A stretch of 62,560 nucleotides of DNA, counting the filler, from Choristocarpus tenellus KU-1152 (lineage: Eukaryota; Protista; Phaeophyceae): the NCBI GenBank assembly GCA_964200185.2. It is 8 parts of 8 records of this genome, joined end to end, with 100 filler letters (N's around TTAATTAATTAA, not from the genome) between each part and the next. Parts side by side here need not be neighbours in the genome. Positions count along the whole stretch, not along the records: positions 5,695 to 16,414 come from CAXNAD020002759.1; positions 16,515 to 26,026 come from CAXNAD020003618.1; positions 26,127 to 30,757 come from CAXNAD020013714.1; 5 more parts are not named here. The stretch is one strand, 5' to 3'. The position numbers were made by a program, and so were the translations under genes. Below are positions 13,301-26,170 of the stretch, in pieces (the first letter of the stretch is position 1; each line of letters begins with the position of its first letter). The notes under the pieces were generated by a model. It saw nothing but the letters and a program-made list of their open reading frames with translations. It was not told the DNA's origin and ran no database searches.

Positions 13301-16132
13301 TTCAACACTGCTGTAGGGATCGCCATGCAAGGAAGCAGCATTTGCTCCAAGTGGATAGCCTGTACAAGGAATTGAGCCTACAGGATGATACATTTATCCT
13401 TGCGATATCCCCTCCATGCTACCCACTCTCTTTTTGTTTTCATTGTTCTCACTCTTTTTTTATTGACAAAAAGAATAAATGATTATTGGTGGGTATATAC
13501 CGTTCACAATTTTGATGCAGAAGTGGAAGTGGAGTAGAGAGAGTTCCTGGAGAGGAGAGCAGGAAGATACACAACAGTGGGTGTTTTGGTGAGGCAACAA
13601 CAGCAGTTACATCCATCACAGCCATGATGGTATACTACATATACGTAATTTAGACTTGATCCTTGTCCTGCCTTTCCCCTACCAACCAGACAATGGCCAT
13701 TCTACTCACCACCTGATCCTCTACTTAGCCCCCACCCCCCCTGAAACCCCTCTCTTTGCCTGCTTGTGAACAACGTTATCATTGCTCTCAAGGAGCCTCT
13801 TCATGCGGTCGATTTCATTTCGCATTTGCTCGCGTTGGGTCTCGGACTTTTGGTGGTCAAAGTGCTCCTTCACTAGGGCGTGGTCCTATAAGGAGAAAAT
13901 TGGATGTGGGTTGGAGATTGAAAGTTAAAGAGTGGTGTTGGGAATGTACATTTGTGGGCATGAGTGTCCAACGAAGTTGTGGAGTTGGGTAGAAAAGATG
14001 TCAAGGACAGGGATACAACTGTATTGTTCTTTGTGTGGGAGGAGTACTGTAGTAGGTAAGTTTAGGGTTAGGGTTGCGGTTAGGTAGTCTTGGATGAAAT
14101 AAGTACTTTAGATGTCAGAAGAGAGTTGACACAAACTTAGTTGCCTGGTTCGTGTCTTTGTTATAAGACCTGGATCTGCTCCCTAAGAGTTCCCCTTCTA
14201 AAGGTAAGAGACCTTTCAGTCAAGAGTGTGTGTTGAAAAATACCTTGCTACTATAGCACAATTAATAACTAGAGTACTCGGGATGGGGCCACAGCATTTA
14301 TGAGAGTAGGAGTCTTGCCCTGTTTGTCTGTTCAGGGCTTGGCTTCCTATGAGCTTTTAATGCCCTTTTTCGGTGTTCTGTGTGAACACAGTTACCTAAA
14401 ATGTATACAACATAGAAATGTGTGTCCAGGGCAAGGATGTTGATATGTGGTGTCAGAACTTTCCCTCTATCTCCACTTTGGTTCCATTGTCACCCATCTT
14501 TGTTTTAGAGATTTAGTTGTGGGTGTGCAGTAAGAGGATATACCAATATGGAACTGTAACTACTGCAGTGATGAGAAGTGCGTGTAGGGCATAGAGTTCC
14601 CTTATCATATGTAGTACCCCTAAGGGATGGAGGGTTAGAGGGAGGTCGGTTGGAGTTGCATGCCTTAGCGGTGATGTCCTCTTTCAGCTGGACTATCTGG
14701 TGGTTCATGATCTTGAACTTGCGCTTCATCTCTGCTATCTCATCTTGGGCTTCAATGAGACTCTTGCTGTACAGATTGCGGTCGCTGCGTACTGTCTCAT
14801 AGAGCTGCTGCTGCTGCTTCAGTTTAGCCTCCCAGTCCAGGACCTTTTTGCCTAGCTCGTTGATCCGCATGTCCCGGAGCTGGTGATAGGAGATGGTGGT
14901 TGAAGATGGTTAATTGCAATACGTGGTGATGGGCAGAAAGGTCAGTGTGGATCAAGAACAAAACTTGTTGCAGGAGGAAAGAGGGGACGAGGAATGCCAT
15001 AGTCAACTGCGCATCGTTGTAAACAGGAGCCATCGCAATGCAGTGACTGAGGATGTGATAGGTATGGGGAGTGGGATATTATCCCTGATCCACGCCAAGG
15101 GCCAGGGCTTTGACAGAAACCTCGCTGCCAGGCCATTAATTAGGATGTGATACAGGGTCTATTCTGTGTTTGAAGGCGTATGTAAATGCAGCTCAAACTC
15201 CTGGCCCAGTTGCAACGTCAGCAGCAGAAACGCAGAGTGAAGCACACACATTTGCTTTGCCAATTCAGACATATTGCGGTCCTATAACCAGAAGGTACAG
15301 GGAGCAAGAACTATTGCCATATTTCTCTTATGGTCGATTTTCTACTTGTTTCATTCCTTCTAGTCTTGGTCAGGAAGGGAATCGCCTGCTGTTGTCCACC
15401 CTGCTCCTTCCCTTGATCTTTTCATCAACTTCTCCTGTCCTAAGCCTTCTAGCACCCTGCTTGCTTCCACTAGTCTTTCCTAGTGAAAAGCTACCTTGTC
15501 TTAATTTTCTCTGCCTTCTTAGGAACTTCCATTCTATATGCCATTCCTCAACTGATGAATTGCATTGTGTTCGCCATTCGGTGGAACATACTCATCCGCG
15601 GATGTCAGGGAAGGATAGGGCGTTTTGGAGGATGTGGTGGGGAAGAGAGATAGAGTAGGCCCCAAGACTGTGGATATGACTGGTGAAGTATCATGGGAGG
15701 AAATGATTCACCTTAAGGTCTTCGAGTGCCTGCATGTACATGCTCTGCGCCTCGCTGATCTCAGTCCCGAACTTCGACCTCTCCTGCTCCAGTACATAAA
15801 TGCTTTTACTTTGCCTTGAGACCTACTTTCCCCCACCAATGAAGTGGACATAAGAGGTAGTAATTGGTAGGGTACAGAGGAAAACACAAGAATGTGAACA
15901 GGGAATGAAAAGTGTATGTGGTGATGTTGGTAAAGGTGGAGGCGGGGAGGAGACTTCCAGTGTGGGTGTGGGCAACCTTGACTGTTCTCAACTATGTTTT
16001 CAGCCCGTGAAAACCATGTAGTACCTCATTCTTGTAGGATGTGAGCTCAGTCTCTAGAGAAGATATTATGCGTTCCCTCTCTTTGACCATGTCTTCGGTA
16101 TTCTTCATGAGGTCCTCTGTCCTTTGAGCTGC
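7388..16132 (-). CDS. CFAP58: Cilia- and flagella-associated protein 58 (CFAP58/CCDC147/FAP58), internal part of multi-exon gene
   Basis: Ten in-frame exons: 16132-16025, 15822-15712, 14879-14664, 13885-13760, 13057-12977, 10540-10436, 9865-9710, 9036-8884, 7937-7863, 7495-7388. They encode hallmark CFAP58 segments LKQQQQLYETVRSDRNLYSKSLIEAQDEIAEMKRKFKIM, VINERDILGTQLIRRNDELALLYEKLKIQQS, ELENPMNVHRWRKLEGSDP and ARQ|PGPEVAEQL. N-terminal exons and the last exon(s) were not found in the contig. Confidence 0.95.
12388..12639. mobile_element. MITE family A copy with perfect 4-bp TSD (TGAT), in a CFAP58 intron
   Basis: TGAT|gagtgaaagtatcttagaggg ... ccctctgagataatttggctc|TGAT. Confidence 0.9.
14301..14450. 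mobile_element. Degenerate MITE family A fragment
   Basis: gagtcttgccctgtttgtctgttcagggcttggcttcc...gtgtgtccagggcaaggatgttga matches the internal family sequence. Termini eroded. Confidence 0.55.
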
Positions 16133-16414
16133 CTGCAAAAATTCAAGATTTGGTTGATGCAGCAGAGAGGGGTTTGTTGTTGTGTTAGTGCCGTTGGGAC
16201 AGGCGAGGGTTTAGGAGTTAGTTGAGTCTCTGACAAGCTAAGCATTGATAGTAGGTGAGCAGGCAGTACAGGATGGAGTGCAAGGGTGAGTGGCTTTTGA
16301 GCACTCTGAGGGAAGACTTGAGTTCATCTTGGGTCAAAGTATCTGGGGGGGGGGGGGGGGCCGGGGTCCGGTTTTGACCCTTTCTTTGTTTGATTTTACA
16401 CAAAAATTGGTACT

Positions 16415-16514
16415 NNNNNNNNNNNNNNNNNNNNNNNNNNNNNNNNNNNNNNNNNNNNTTAATTAATTAANNNNNNNNNNNNNNNNNNNNNNNNNNNNNN
16501 NNNNNNNNNNNNNN
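16415..16514. other. Artificial contig linker
   Basis: Same spacer. Confidence 0.98.
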
Positions 16515-16650
16515 GACTGAAGAGACTCTGAGGTAGAAGGAACATTCAGTATTTTCCTTCCTTATGGCGAGGCGGGAGATGCGCATTATCACATAAACAT
16601 CATTTTAAAAAAGCGCTCGTACTCGTTTCCATCCTATTCATGAAGCTTAT

Positions 16651-16806
16651 GATTGATTTCCCAGCTCACCACGGTTAATTAGTCGCTTCGACGATTGATT
16701 TGCCATCTCACCACGATTAATCACTCGATTTCACAATTGATTTTCCAGCTCGCCACGATTAATTAGTCGCTTCAACGATTGATTTCCTAGCTCACCACGA
16801 TTAATT
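16651..16806. repeat. Imperfect 42-bp tandem repeat x~3.7
   Basis: Unit gattgatttcccagctcaccacgattaattagtcgcttcgac at 16651, 16693, ~16735 and 16777. Confidence 0.8.
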
Positions 16807-19800
16807 ACTACGAAAACGATATTGTACCATGTCAATTCTGTGCCGCTTTTATAGGGCATACCCATGGGTGAACAAAATCGGGGTAGATACTGTATCGGTT
16901 TGCCAGGAACCTAAAAATTACGGAATTTCACCCCCTCTCGCCTTCCTTCGCTGCAAGACATGTATGTCCTTCCGTGCAATGCGAGGAATACCCTTCTGCC
17001 ACTCGTTATGCGAGTACTAGAGGTAAGTTGTGTTAGGTGTTGCAGGGAGTTACGGTATACCGATTATAACCAAAGCACTGCGAAGTTGAAGTTGAAGTTG
17101 GTTGAACTATACAATGTTCCCCCAACCAAACCAACTAACGAAGATGCTGCGTTGTATTAGCGATTCAAAGTACGGAACGTTTTAAACTTATCTAGCCACT
17201 CAATCAGTTCGTTCTCGTTCTGTGTAGCAATCCAGTTTCCCGCATACAACTTGCCTCTTGCTTTGTTGCCTTGAATCTTGTAGTTCAGTTCAGTCACTAA
17301 CTCCTCCATATAGTACTAGAGCTAATGACTTCACTCAGCCCATCAGATTCAGCAAAATATTGAGGTTGATATCCTCTTAGAAAGATAGTCTGGATTCTTG
17401 GCTCTTCATAGTCTTGAAGATTAATTAAGAGAAGTTGGTTGGTGTTCTGATTGTCTCTGTTATTAATACTTTCTATCGTTGTTCTATCTGTGAAGATTGG
17501 ATAATGTTGAGAAGTAAGAATTGAGAAGAGAAGTGAGAAGTGAGAAGTGAACACCAACTGAAAAGGGGGGCGTTTGGTAGAACCAAAACTCACCAAAATA
17601 AGTGCAGTTAAGAATCCATAACAATTCAAGTCCACTCAAACAATCATAAAACAATACTGTTATATTATGGTAGGAAAGGGCAGTAAAATCTCGCCTACGC
17701 CAAATAGTCTCAGCAACAACCCAAGTGGCACTGTCCAGATACGTCATGCGTTTTAACCTGGAGTCACCAGGGAGATGGGCACGGAGGGGGTTGTTGGATT
17801 CTTGGGATGCCTCCCTAGCTCCTCACCCTGGGGTGCAGGAATAGGTAGATTGGAGGCACAAAAAGGCAATGGTACAACATAGTAGTGATATAACAATTAG
17901 GTTAGTGTTTCTCACATCTGTAACATCTTTTACTTCTTTAGGGTCTATACTGACATGTGAATGTTTTTCATTGGTTTCCCCTTTAACACATCTAGAAAAA
18001 GTCAGAGGGCATGATAATAAAAATTCTGTTATGCATCATACTTCAAAATAACTGCTCTAAGCGCTATGGAGTACTGTGGTTGCTTTCTAGTAGGTTGTAT
18101 GATACTATAGAACTAGCTGCGTGGCTTCCCTGTCTTTTCCATGGGTTCTGGACCTTGTAGATGGAATTCCTTGATCTCTTGCGTCTTGATTTTTGACAAA
18201 CCAAGTGTGGCCAAAAAGGTGTAATACCACTATTGTTTGTTCGGAATCCTTACACATATATGTTCAAGTTGTGTTACACTCATGTGCGGCCTATAGTCAG
18301 TGCAGTGCATGGGGTGATGCGAGTAAGGAGAGCAGAACATAACATAGAGAAAACAACACACCATATGCCTCTCTACCCTATGCCCAAGTAGGTAGAGGAA
18401 CTTCAGCCAGAAGATGTGGCGAAAACATTAGGCAAAGGTGGTATGTCTACACCATCACCAAGAGATTTCCATCCATTTATGCATTCCACCCTTCGGCACT
18501 AAAGTAATCCCCAAAAGAGTGCAGCACCACGAAATCATTAACTACCTCTCCAGAGAGGAGGTTCCACTTGGTAGTGACTGATTTGCCAGTTGCTAGTGGA
18601 GGGGAACGAGCGTTCAAAAACAGCTGAAGTGGCATATGCATGAAAATATTTTCGTGTCACAACTTACTCAACTCTCCAAAACCTCCTCCTTTGCCTTCCA
18701 CCATTCGAGGGGACCTCCAAGCTCCTCTACCACCTCCACACCCACTGATTCCATACAACTGTATACCTCCTGCTGGTATTGCAGTTCAGCCTCATAGGTG
18801 ATATCCAACCATGCCTTGTCGTGGGCCTTCCCCCACCTACATATTAAAAGAAGGGCGCACCCCAGCACCCCGCTGATGTGTGTGACGTTGTGGTCATCTT
18901 GTTGAGCAGCTTAGTTATGCTGAACTGCTGGTTGCTCTCATCATCAGAATAGGAGGTTTGTGCCCCCTCGATGTTATGTTTGTCCACAGTATAAATTAAA
19001 CGTCAGGTTGAGCCACCTCCAACACCTGTGGAAGAAGTTCCAAACTCGTGAACTTTCTTTGGTGTTGGCGGCAAATTTCATAGCCAATACCTCAATTTCA
19101 CCTTTGACTTTCTTGTTGTCACCTGTATCGCCTTCTTCTGTTTCAATATCTTCTTTGCCATAGTCACCTTTGCTTGCCTAATCAAGCAGATCGACCAGCA
19201 CGCATGGCCCACCCTCATCTACGATATATGACGACAAACAGAATTATAATGTAGAGGTATCGATTCAGAGAAGTGGTGATATGACTGGTATTTCTCCAGC
19301 TCTCTCAAGCACATATCGTCTCCATGAACACACAAGTCAATTAGTTATTATGACAATATGTTCATTTCAATTGATGTGTGACCGGTTGACTTTTACATCC
19401 TATCCACTGTGGATTTTCGTCAGTTACATCCCATATGAAATAACTTTGAAGCTTCCCTTTTATTTCATCTACACGTTCTCAAAACATTACAGTTTCCTCA
19501 GAAGAGTGTGTAATGGACTTTTGACTATGTTCTTAGTATAGGTCTCGAAATATTCTACAATAGTTTCAGAAAGGCACCTTGTAACGGGTGTTGGGTGTAC
19601 TCTGAAGTATAAATTGCAGGGGAGGATAGCACCCAGTTTTGAATGTTGAAGGCAAGTCGTTTGTATGGAATAACACATATACTTGCTTGTCGATGCTTCA
19701 GGAGTGTTGATTTTAGTTTTTTTGTGCAAACATCGTAGTCACCTGAGAGCTTAACAACTGATCTTGGAGTGCCCACCAGTGCAACTGAAGCAAACTCTAT

Positions 19801-20447
19801 CTATTCCAGAGTAGTTTGTAGCTGTTCATATGAATGTGAACAGGTACAAACTCAGCTGTGAACTATACATCAGATTGGGCTATCACAGCACATGGAATTG
19901 CCCTTCAGAGTGGTCGAAGCATGTGTACCAGGGAGGGAGTTACATGATTTCCAAATACTCCACGATAATTGCCTCTAAGATAGAATAGCTCACCCCCACA
20001 ATCACACCTGCACTACTATCCTCCCTGGCAAAATGTGCACAACTGGTAAGTTCAATATCATACAGTATCAGCCAATTCTACTGTCAATTAAAGCATACAA
20101 GAGTTACCCAATTTTTGACCGTTTTGCATTATAACCCGCTTTTAAAATATTTTTTGATTCACGCGTATTTCAATGGATGAAGTGCTAAATTTAACTTGAG
20201 AGGGTTTATTTTTCAATTGTGTTTGATATATATTGACACAATTCGGAAAATGTGCAAAATTTATTTTTTTAATTGCTGAATTTTGCACAGACTTTAAAAT
20301 GCAACTCTCATATACTTTTACTCTTTATTCAGATATTTTTACATATACCTTGGGTTAAGATACGATCTTTCTATGTGTAGAACAATGGAATTAAGATGGA
20401 ACCAGAAGCATGAAGAAACCTACAGATGTACCTTGTGTAAATTATGT

Positions 20448-23400
20448 TTACAGTAAATGGTTGGATTGTGCAAGGGCTACCACCGCATTTCTATCTCCTT
20501 CTGAAGCTTGAGTCTCAAACACTTTGGCAATGTGTTTCTCGATACATGTCTGCATGTCCATGAGCAGCTCCTTCAGCCACTTGTCAAACCCCACCTGTCC
20601 CTTGTCACCGTCCTCCATCCCAGGCTGCAGGAGGACTCTTGTGAACCGGGGAAGTACAGAGTTCTCTACAAAGACCCTGATTTGATTTTCTGGGAGAGCA
20701 GAGCAAAATGAACTGATGCGGTCATTGAGGTTGATATTGACAGTGGGGGCAACTACACACAAACGAACAGAGTTGTTCAAAACTGCTCTTAGCGAATCCC
20801 TGTGTACTTCATTTAGTCTCTCCTCTCGATGCTTCAACTGCTTGCATGCATCCTCCTTCACTCTTAGGGCTGTCTTCAGGTTGTGACTAACCCCTCTTGC
20901 TGTTTGTATCTCGGCAGCATGGTTCAGTGCCTCAGTCTCCCACTGTCCTCTCTCCTTCTGCCATCGCTTCTTTGTCTCTTCTAATGCTGTCTCTGTCTCT
21001 CGCCAGCGTTGTTGAATCAGTTCTAGTTCTTTCTGTAGAGTATCATGCTGGTCACTAAGGTTTCCCAGCTTTGAAATTTGATTGTAGTGTGGAGGAAGAG
21101 GGAGGGGAAAATCAAGCAGATGTTCTAAATGTCAATCAAACGATATTTCTTCAGTCTAGTAACACACTCAAGGTTACAAAGGAGAGCGTCAGCCAATCAT
21201 TGCATACCTTTTCATGTGGTGCAGCAGGATCAGCAAGTATTCTTTTCCATAACCAAAGTTGAAGTACAATAGTGCAGGGGGGAGTGCACACAAATTACTC
21301 ACCCTGAAATAATAATCCATTTGTCAATAGCTTAACCTTTCTCAACAAAGAATTTTGAATGAACAAGTCCGATTAATGTTATCAAACAGGAGGGAATGGG
21401 CGGAGCAAGACATGTTTGTCATCTTTGATACTTGCTATGTTTCTGACCTGAGCTTTCTGTTTCAGTGCTGCTACTTTTGAGGTTGCAAGTTTTTGTTTAA
21501 CATCTTCCAGCTCCTTGCTAACTGCAATGATCTTGGGGATGTTGGTGACGTCCAAGCCCACAGGAGTACACAAGAGAAGATTGTAGCAGTGAGGTGGGGC
21601 AGTGACAGGGGGAAAAATGTACCTCTTCTAAATACAAGTTTACATGCCTTCTTAGACCTGCGGTAGCGAGTGTGCTCATATACAAAACAATGTTTCAGTT
21701 GAGGAATGCAGGGATCTCACAAAAAAATTCATCTTAAGGCCACCTACCCTGGTTGAGGTGAGATTCACAATCCGATGTGCATGTAGTCATTTCTAGTTTG
21801 GTGTAGATTTTGTGTGCTTGATCAAGACGATGCATGAATGGACCTTAACATTTACTCACCTTGTGTTGTAGGTTTTCGGATTTCGACATTGATTCAGCAG
21901 CCTCTTGAAGAAGCTGGCTGTTTTTATCTCTTTCCCTTTTGATACAGGAGCACTCCTCTTCAAGGTTTGATATTTTTTCTCGCAGCAGCTCAAGCTGTAA
22001 AATGGAAGGACAAATGGAGTACGTGTTGAAATAATTCTATACTGGATAGTACTGCTACAACTAAGCCCAACTTTCAGTAGGGTTTTGTGAGTAGCGAATA
22101 TTTTATTCTTACGCCCTGCCCTGTTTTTAAATATTGTGGTGTGATCAATCTGTGAGAAAGCTCCTTCACTACACCTGGCTATGGTTGGTTATCTTCTCAA
22201 TATATATAACAAGCCCTGTACGCAAGCTAAGCTTGAAGGAGTAGGGAAGGGGGGGAAAAGACAAGGGTATGCATTCTAAACAGGTATATTTGTGAAGTCC
22301 TAGAGCTCTGCCTGTCACCAAGAGAAAATGAAAAATGAGTAAGCACATAGAAGAGTGTATCTACTGAGGACCAGAGTAAAAGCTATTGTACACACCATCA
22401 TGGTCTCCAGTGTAAGTGCGCGTTATATCCTCACTTCTATATGTTGTTTGCTTTGTAGCTCCAACTCCAGTTTTTTTGTTGCCTCCTTCTCTCCTTCCAG
22501 CTGCAGCTCTAGGGTAACACAACTTTTGCACTGACTTTCTCTGGGCTCTGCCACCTCCTCTTCAAAGGCGCACCTCTCTGCATGAGATTTGCGGAGCTCT
22601 TCCAGCTCAAGAAGAGCCTCCGTCAGACTTTCCTCTTTTTCTTCTGTATCCCCATCACTCTTTGATCTTCGAAGGGTAAAGTTCCGTGCTTCCATCTCCA
22701 AATCGCTCACCCTAGCTGCTAAGCTATCACGGGACAACCTCATTTCCGCCTCCGCCTTTGAAGCCTCCGTTGCCCTAATGGTCAAATGGGTAATAGTATC
22801 TTGGGCTTTTGTATCTTGGGTTGTGGCATCACTTGAATTCCCTTTGCTGCTGGATTTCCTCGTGTTCAAGTTTTTGTTCAGTGTAAGTTGTTTTACTAGG
22901 GCCTCAGACTGATGAATACTTATCCGTAGTATTCTACACTCAGACCTTGAGCGTCTCAGGCTTTCTCTAACCTGCATACATTCACCACAGGGCACACTCT
23001 TCTTTCGTGTCGTGGCCTTGAATTGAGAGCCACCCACGAATCGATTTCTACCCCGAAACTTGTTCAGGAGTGTCGTTTGCAGCCGATGAATCTCTCCTCT
23101 CAGTATCTTTGGGTCGTCTGCATCCATGATCGTAGGTGTGCTTGCTCGTCTTTGCTCATGAACTGTCTGGGGTCTTTTCATCTGGTTTGTTGCGGCACTT
23201 TCAACTTGCTCTTTATCATCTTCTTCATCATCTTCTGGCGAGAATGCCAACCGCGGAGGAAAGGTCGTACCGAGTGTGCTCTTCTCACCCCCAGATAACG
23301 ATGTTCCCGCACCACAGACACCTGAAATAAAGTCCCATACGTCCTGGTCGGGTGTCCGGTCGAAGTGAAATGATGGTGAACTCGAAGTATTTGAGGTTGG

Positions 23401-23762
23401 AGCCGAAGAAGATGGCCTCCGACTTTGGTATGGAGGTTTCCCTCTCAAGTGTCGCGCCACCTCATCGCTTTGTCTGAGAGGTGGTAGGAGTGAATTATGA
23501 ACGAAAACAAAGCAAAGGAATGATCTTAATCGAATTAATAGGTGAGTAAACCCTACGCTCACCTTGGAGCTCGCCGAGTGTGGGGTTGGTGGAAGGATGG
23601 AGTGGATCGGGACACACCCAAGCTCGACTTTGGTCGCTGAGACATCTGTAAGGCTTTCGCCTCCAAGGCAACAACAGGGCCTTCAACCCACCCCCTCGGA
23701 GGGTGAAACATTCTCTCTTCATCATGATCCAAGGGTGGCAAGGGAGATGTTGTTAGCTGCAT
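20448..23762 (-). CDS. Uncharacterised coiled-coil protein, apparently complete 5-exon gene
   Basis: Exons 23762-23563, 23473-22435, 21994-21860, 21513-21448 and 21068-20448 join in frame from ATG to TAA with GT-AG introns. The product has long E/K/L/Q-rich coiled-coil stretches and a globular-looking C-terminal segment (NSVRLCVVAPTVNINL...FVENSVLPRFTRVLLQ). No family recognised. Confidence 0.75.
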
Positions 23763-24006
23763 AGTTGGAAGACTCGCTTCTCGATAGCTTGGACTTTTCA
23801 ATATTACTATGGTGTAGTGTGGTGATAGTGTCAACTTACTCTTGAAGTGGTACAGTTTTGAAACGCGTTGTATTTTTTTTGTGGGATGATGGGATATGAT
23901 GAGTGTTTTTCATGGGAAGGTAGTTAATGGGTAAACCGCTGGAGAGTGTAGATGTCCTGTACTTCTTGCTCAAGTGTTATACTACCACGGTTCAAAACCT
24001 GCTGAG

Positions 24007-25109
24007 ATGAGTACTTCAAAGAAAAGCGGTGGTATCAAGGGCAAGACTTCACGTCCAAAATCAGCACCTCCTCCACTGAAGGTCAAGAGTGGTGGGATTG
24101 AGTTTTGTAGAATGATTTAAATGGGATCAGGCGCTTATTTGTCCTGGGAAATAAATGATCATACTAGTAGTCTTTTGGTGCAGTATATCTACGAGGTCTT
24201 CTGCTAGACTTGGCCGACTAATGTCTGATTGCCCTGCCCCATTCTGCCTGGCCATGTATCGGACAAAGGTGGTCATGCGTCGCCTTCCCCATGGGATGTT
24301 GGAGGATTCGTTTTTGGAAGTGGCAGTGGAATTGGCAAATGAGGCGGGCTTGGGTGAAATAGGTGGTTTATGGGACCTCGTATACTTCAATGCTGGAAAG
24401 ATGAGCAAGAAGCGTGGCAAGGTGCAGAGCTTGTTGGGCATAACCACAATGGTGTTGAGGCTTTACAAACCAGAAAGACCGTAAGCTTTAAGGTGTCGGG
24501 TACTAAATAAGTTATTTTCTTAGTTCTGGCCCGTCGTACTTCCTTGCCAAAACTGCTCCCTTGCGTCAGGTGCCTGGGACGGCCTATTTACGTTTCAAGC
24601 GAGGACGATCTGTTGATGTGGATGCCAATCTCGCTAGGTTCGTGGCAGCCGTCGAGGCTTCTGAAGCGTTTAGTTCACGCAAGGACAAGGCAGGAGAAGA
24701 GGATCTTCGTCCGATCGTGGAAGTAGCCCCATTTCAAAAGGTGCTATGGATTAGAGGGTGGCGATGGGAAGTCTTGGGTGTGACAATGGAATGGAGAATT
24801 TCTTTTCTCAAAGATACGACGTGAACCACAATTTTGACACTTTTTATCCATCACTTCTTTACTATTGTCGTTCAAAGGGCGTGCTATTGCGTCCAAATTG
24901 CAGCTGTATGTAGGTACAAGGCATTGTGTTGCAGAAGGTCCATGCCATGGTGTAGTGAGCGATGGTGTTTTTTCGATCATTCTATAGAATAGATCGACCT
25001 CTCGGCAAACTTCGAGGGAAGGATGTTTCCAATACTCTCAGTTGCCCATTCTGCTAGATTTTTGGTACTAATTCCCACAGTGGAGGAACCAATCCTAGAC
25101 ATTCCCTGT

Positions 25110-25167
<58 letters not shown>

Positions 25168-26026
25168 TTGCACCCTTTTGTCAGCTGTATCGACAGAAGC
25201 CCAAGCGTGATGTTCGAGTGGGCACAATTAGGAAGGACGCCGACTTTAAAGCCTTTTGTGAGGCACTCGCAGCACCTGTCGAAAAGCTTCCGGGCGCTGA
25301 TGTACAAGCTGATTTGCGAGAGGCAGAGGGCAAGGAAGTGCCTGAACCCACGAACACCTTGCTTGAGTACCTCAAGGAGAGACGCTTTAAGCGGACAAGG
25401 GAAGCTCAACGGACTCTTCCTGTGGGGGGCGGGTTGAGAAGGGAGAGGAGGGTGAGTTCCAGTGGGAATAGTGTCAGTGGTGGTCCTGCACGTAGGTCCT
25501 CGGGGGATGGAGAGACCCCTCGCCCACCTGTGATCCTGTCCAACAAGAATCTTACAGGCAAGCCAAAGAGGAGTGGGGAGAGGGATAAGGTCAGAGGCCC
25601 GGAAGCACCCCTCTGGTTGAGGAAGGAGGAGACAACAACTGTTGCTCCTCCACCTGTACCCTCTGCAGGAGAGGCCGCAGCAGTAGCAAGTGGGGTGGAC
25701 CTGTCCTCTAGTGATGTTAAAGTGCTGAGTTCGAGGAGGGATAGTAGCAAAGGCCAGGGCAAGAGTGTCAAAGAGGTAACAACCAGTTCCAGCACAGGTG
25801 ACTTTGCAGCATCAAGGGTGCCAGGTGAGGGTCAGCGAGGGGAGAGCAAAGTGGGGAAAGATACTCGTGGATCGAAGTCAGGCAAAGGGCGCAGTGCAGT
25901 TGTCGGGGACCGGACAAATGACAAGGTGTCTGCTATGACAGGAAGCCCTCGTTGGCAGCAGTCAGATGATGGCCCTTCTGCTGAGGCAAGACCAGTGATA
26001 ACGGCGGCTACAGGACGCGGGGGGAG
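24007..26026 (+). CDS. UPF3: Nonsense-mediated decay factor UPF3 (Smg4/UPF3 RRM-like domain), 3'-truncated
   Basis: Exons 24007-24081, 24269-24421, 24570-24740 and 25185->26026. They give PPLK|VVMRRLP...YFNAGKMSKKRGK|VPGTAYLRFK...PIVEVAPFQK|LYRQKPKRDVRVGTIRKDADFKAFCEAL...NTLLEYLKERR. This matches the UPF3 motifs KVVxRRLP, AYxxF, VExAPFQK, GTIxxDxDFxxF and TxLLEYL, followed by a low-complexity tail. Confidence 0.88.
25117..25166. repeat. (CA)n microsatellite just upstream of a UPF3 acceptor
   Basis: Direct reading. Confidence 0.95.
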
Positions 26027-26126
26027 NNNNNNNNNNNNNNNNNNNNNNNNNNNNNNNNNNNNNNNNNNNNTTAATTAATTAANNNNNNNNNNNNNNNNNN
26101 NNNNNNNNNNNNNNNNNNNNNNNNNN
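26027..26126. other. Artificial contig linker
   Basis: Same spacer. Confidence 0.98.
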
Positions 26127-26170
26127 TTTAGCATGTCAAAAAAGCGGTACAATATTGCATATTTTTCGAT

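Noticed and set aside
16651-16806. 42-bp repeats as a CRISPR or iteron array
   Set aside because: The whole unit is repeated imperfectly with no spacers; it is more likely a subterminal repeat of a TE or a plain minisatellite.
20088-20322. Possible MITE with TIRs taaagcatacaagagttac / gcaactctcatatactttta
   Set aside because: The inverted match is too degenerate and there is no second copy in the window.
22589-23330. Plus-strand ORFs overlapping the coiled-coil gene, and similar antisense ORFs over UPF3, copia and FNIP
   Set aside because: They are shadows of real coding sequence on the opposite strand.
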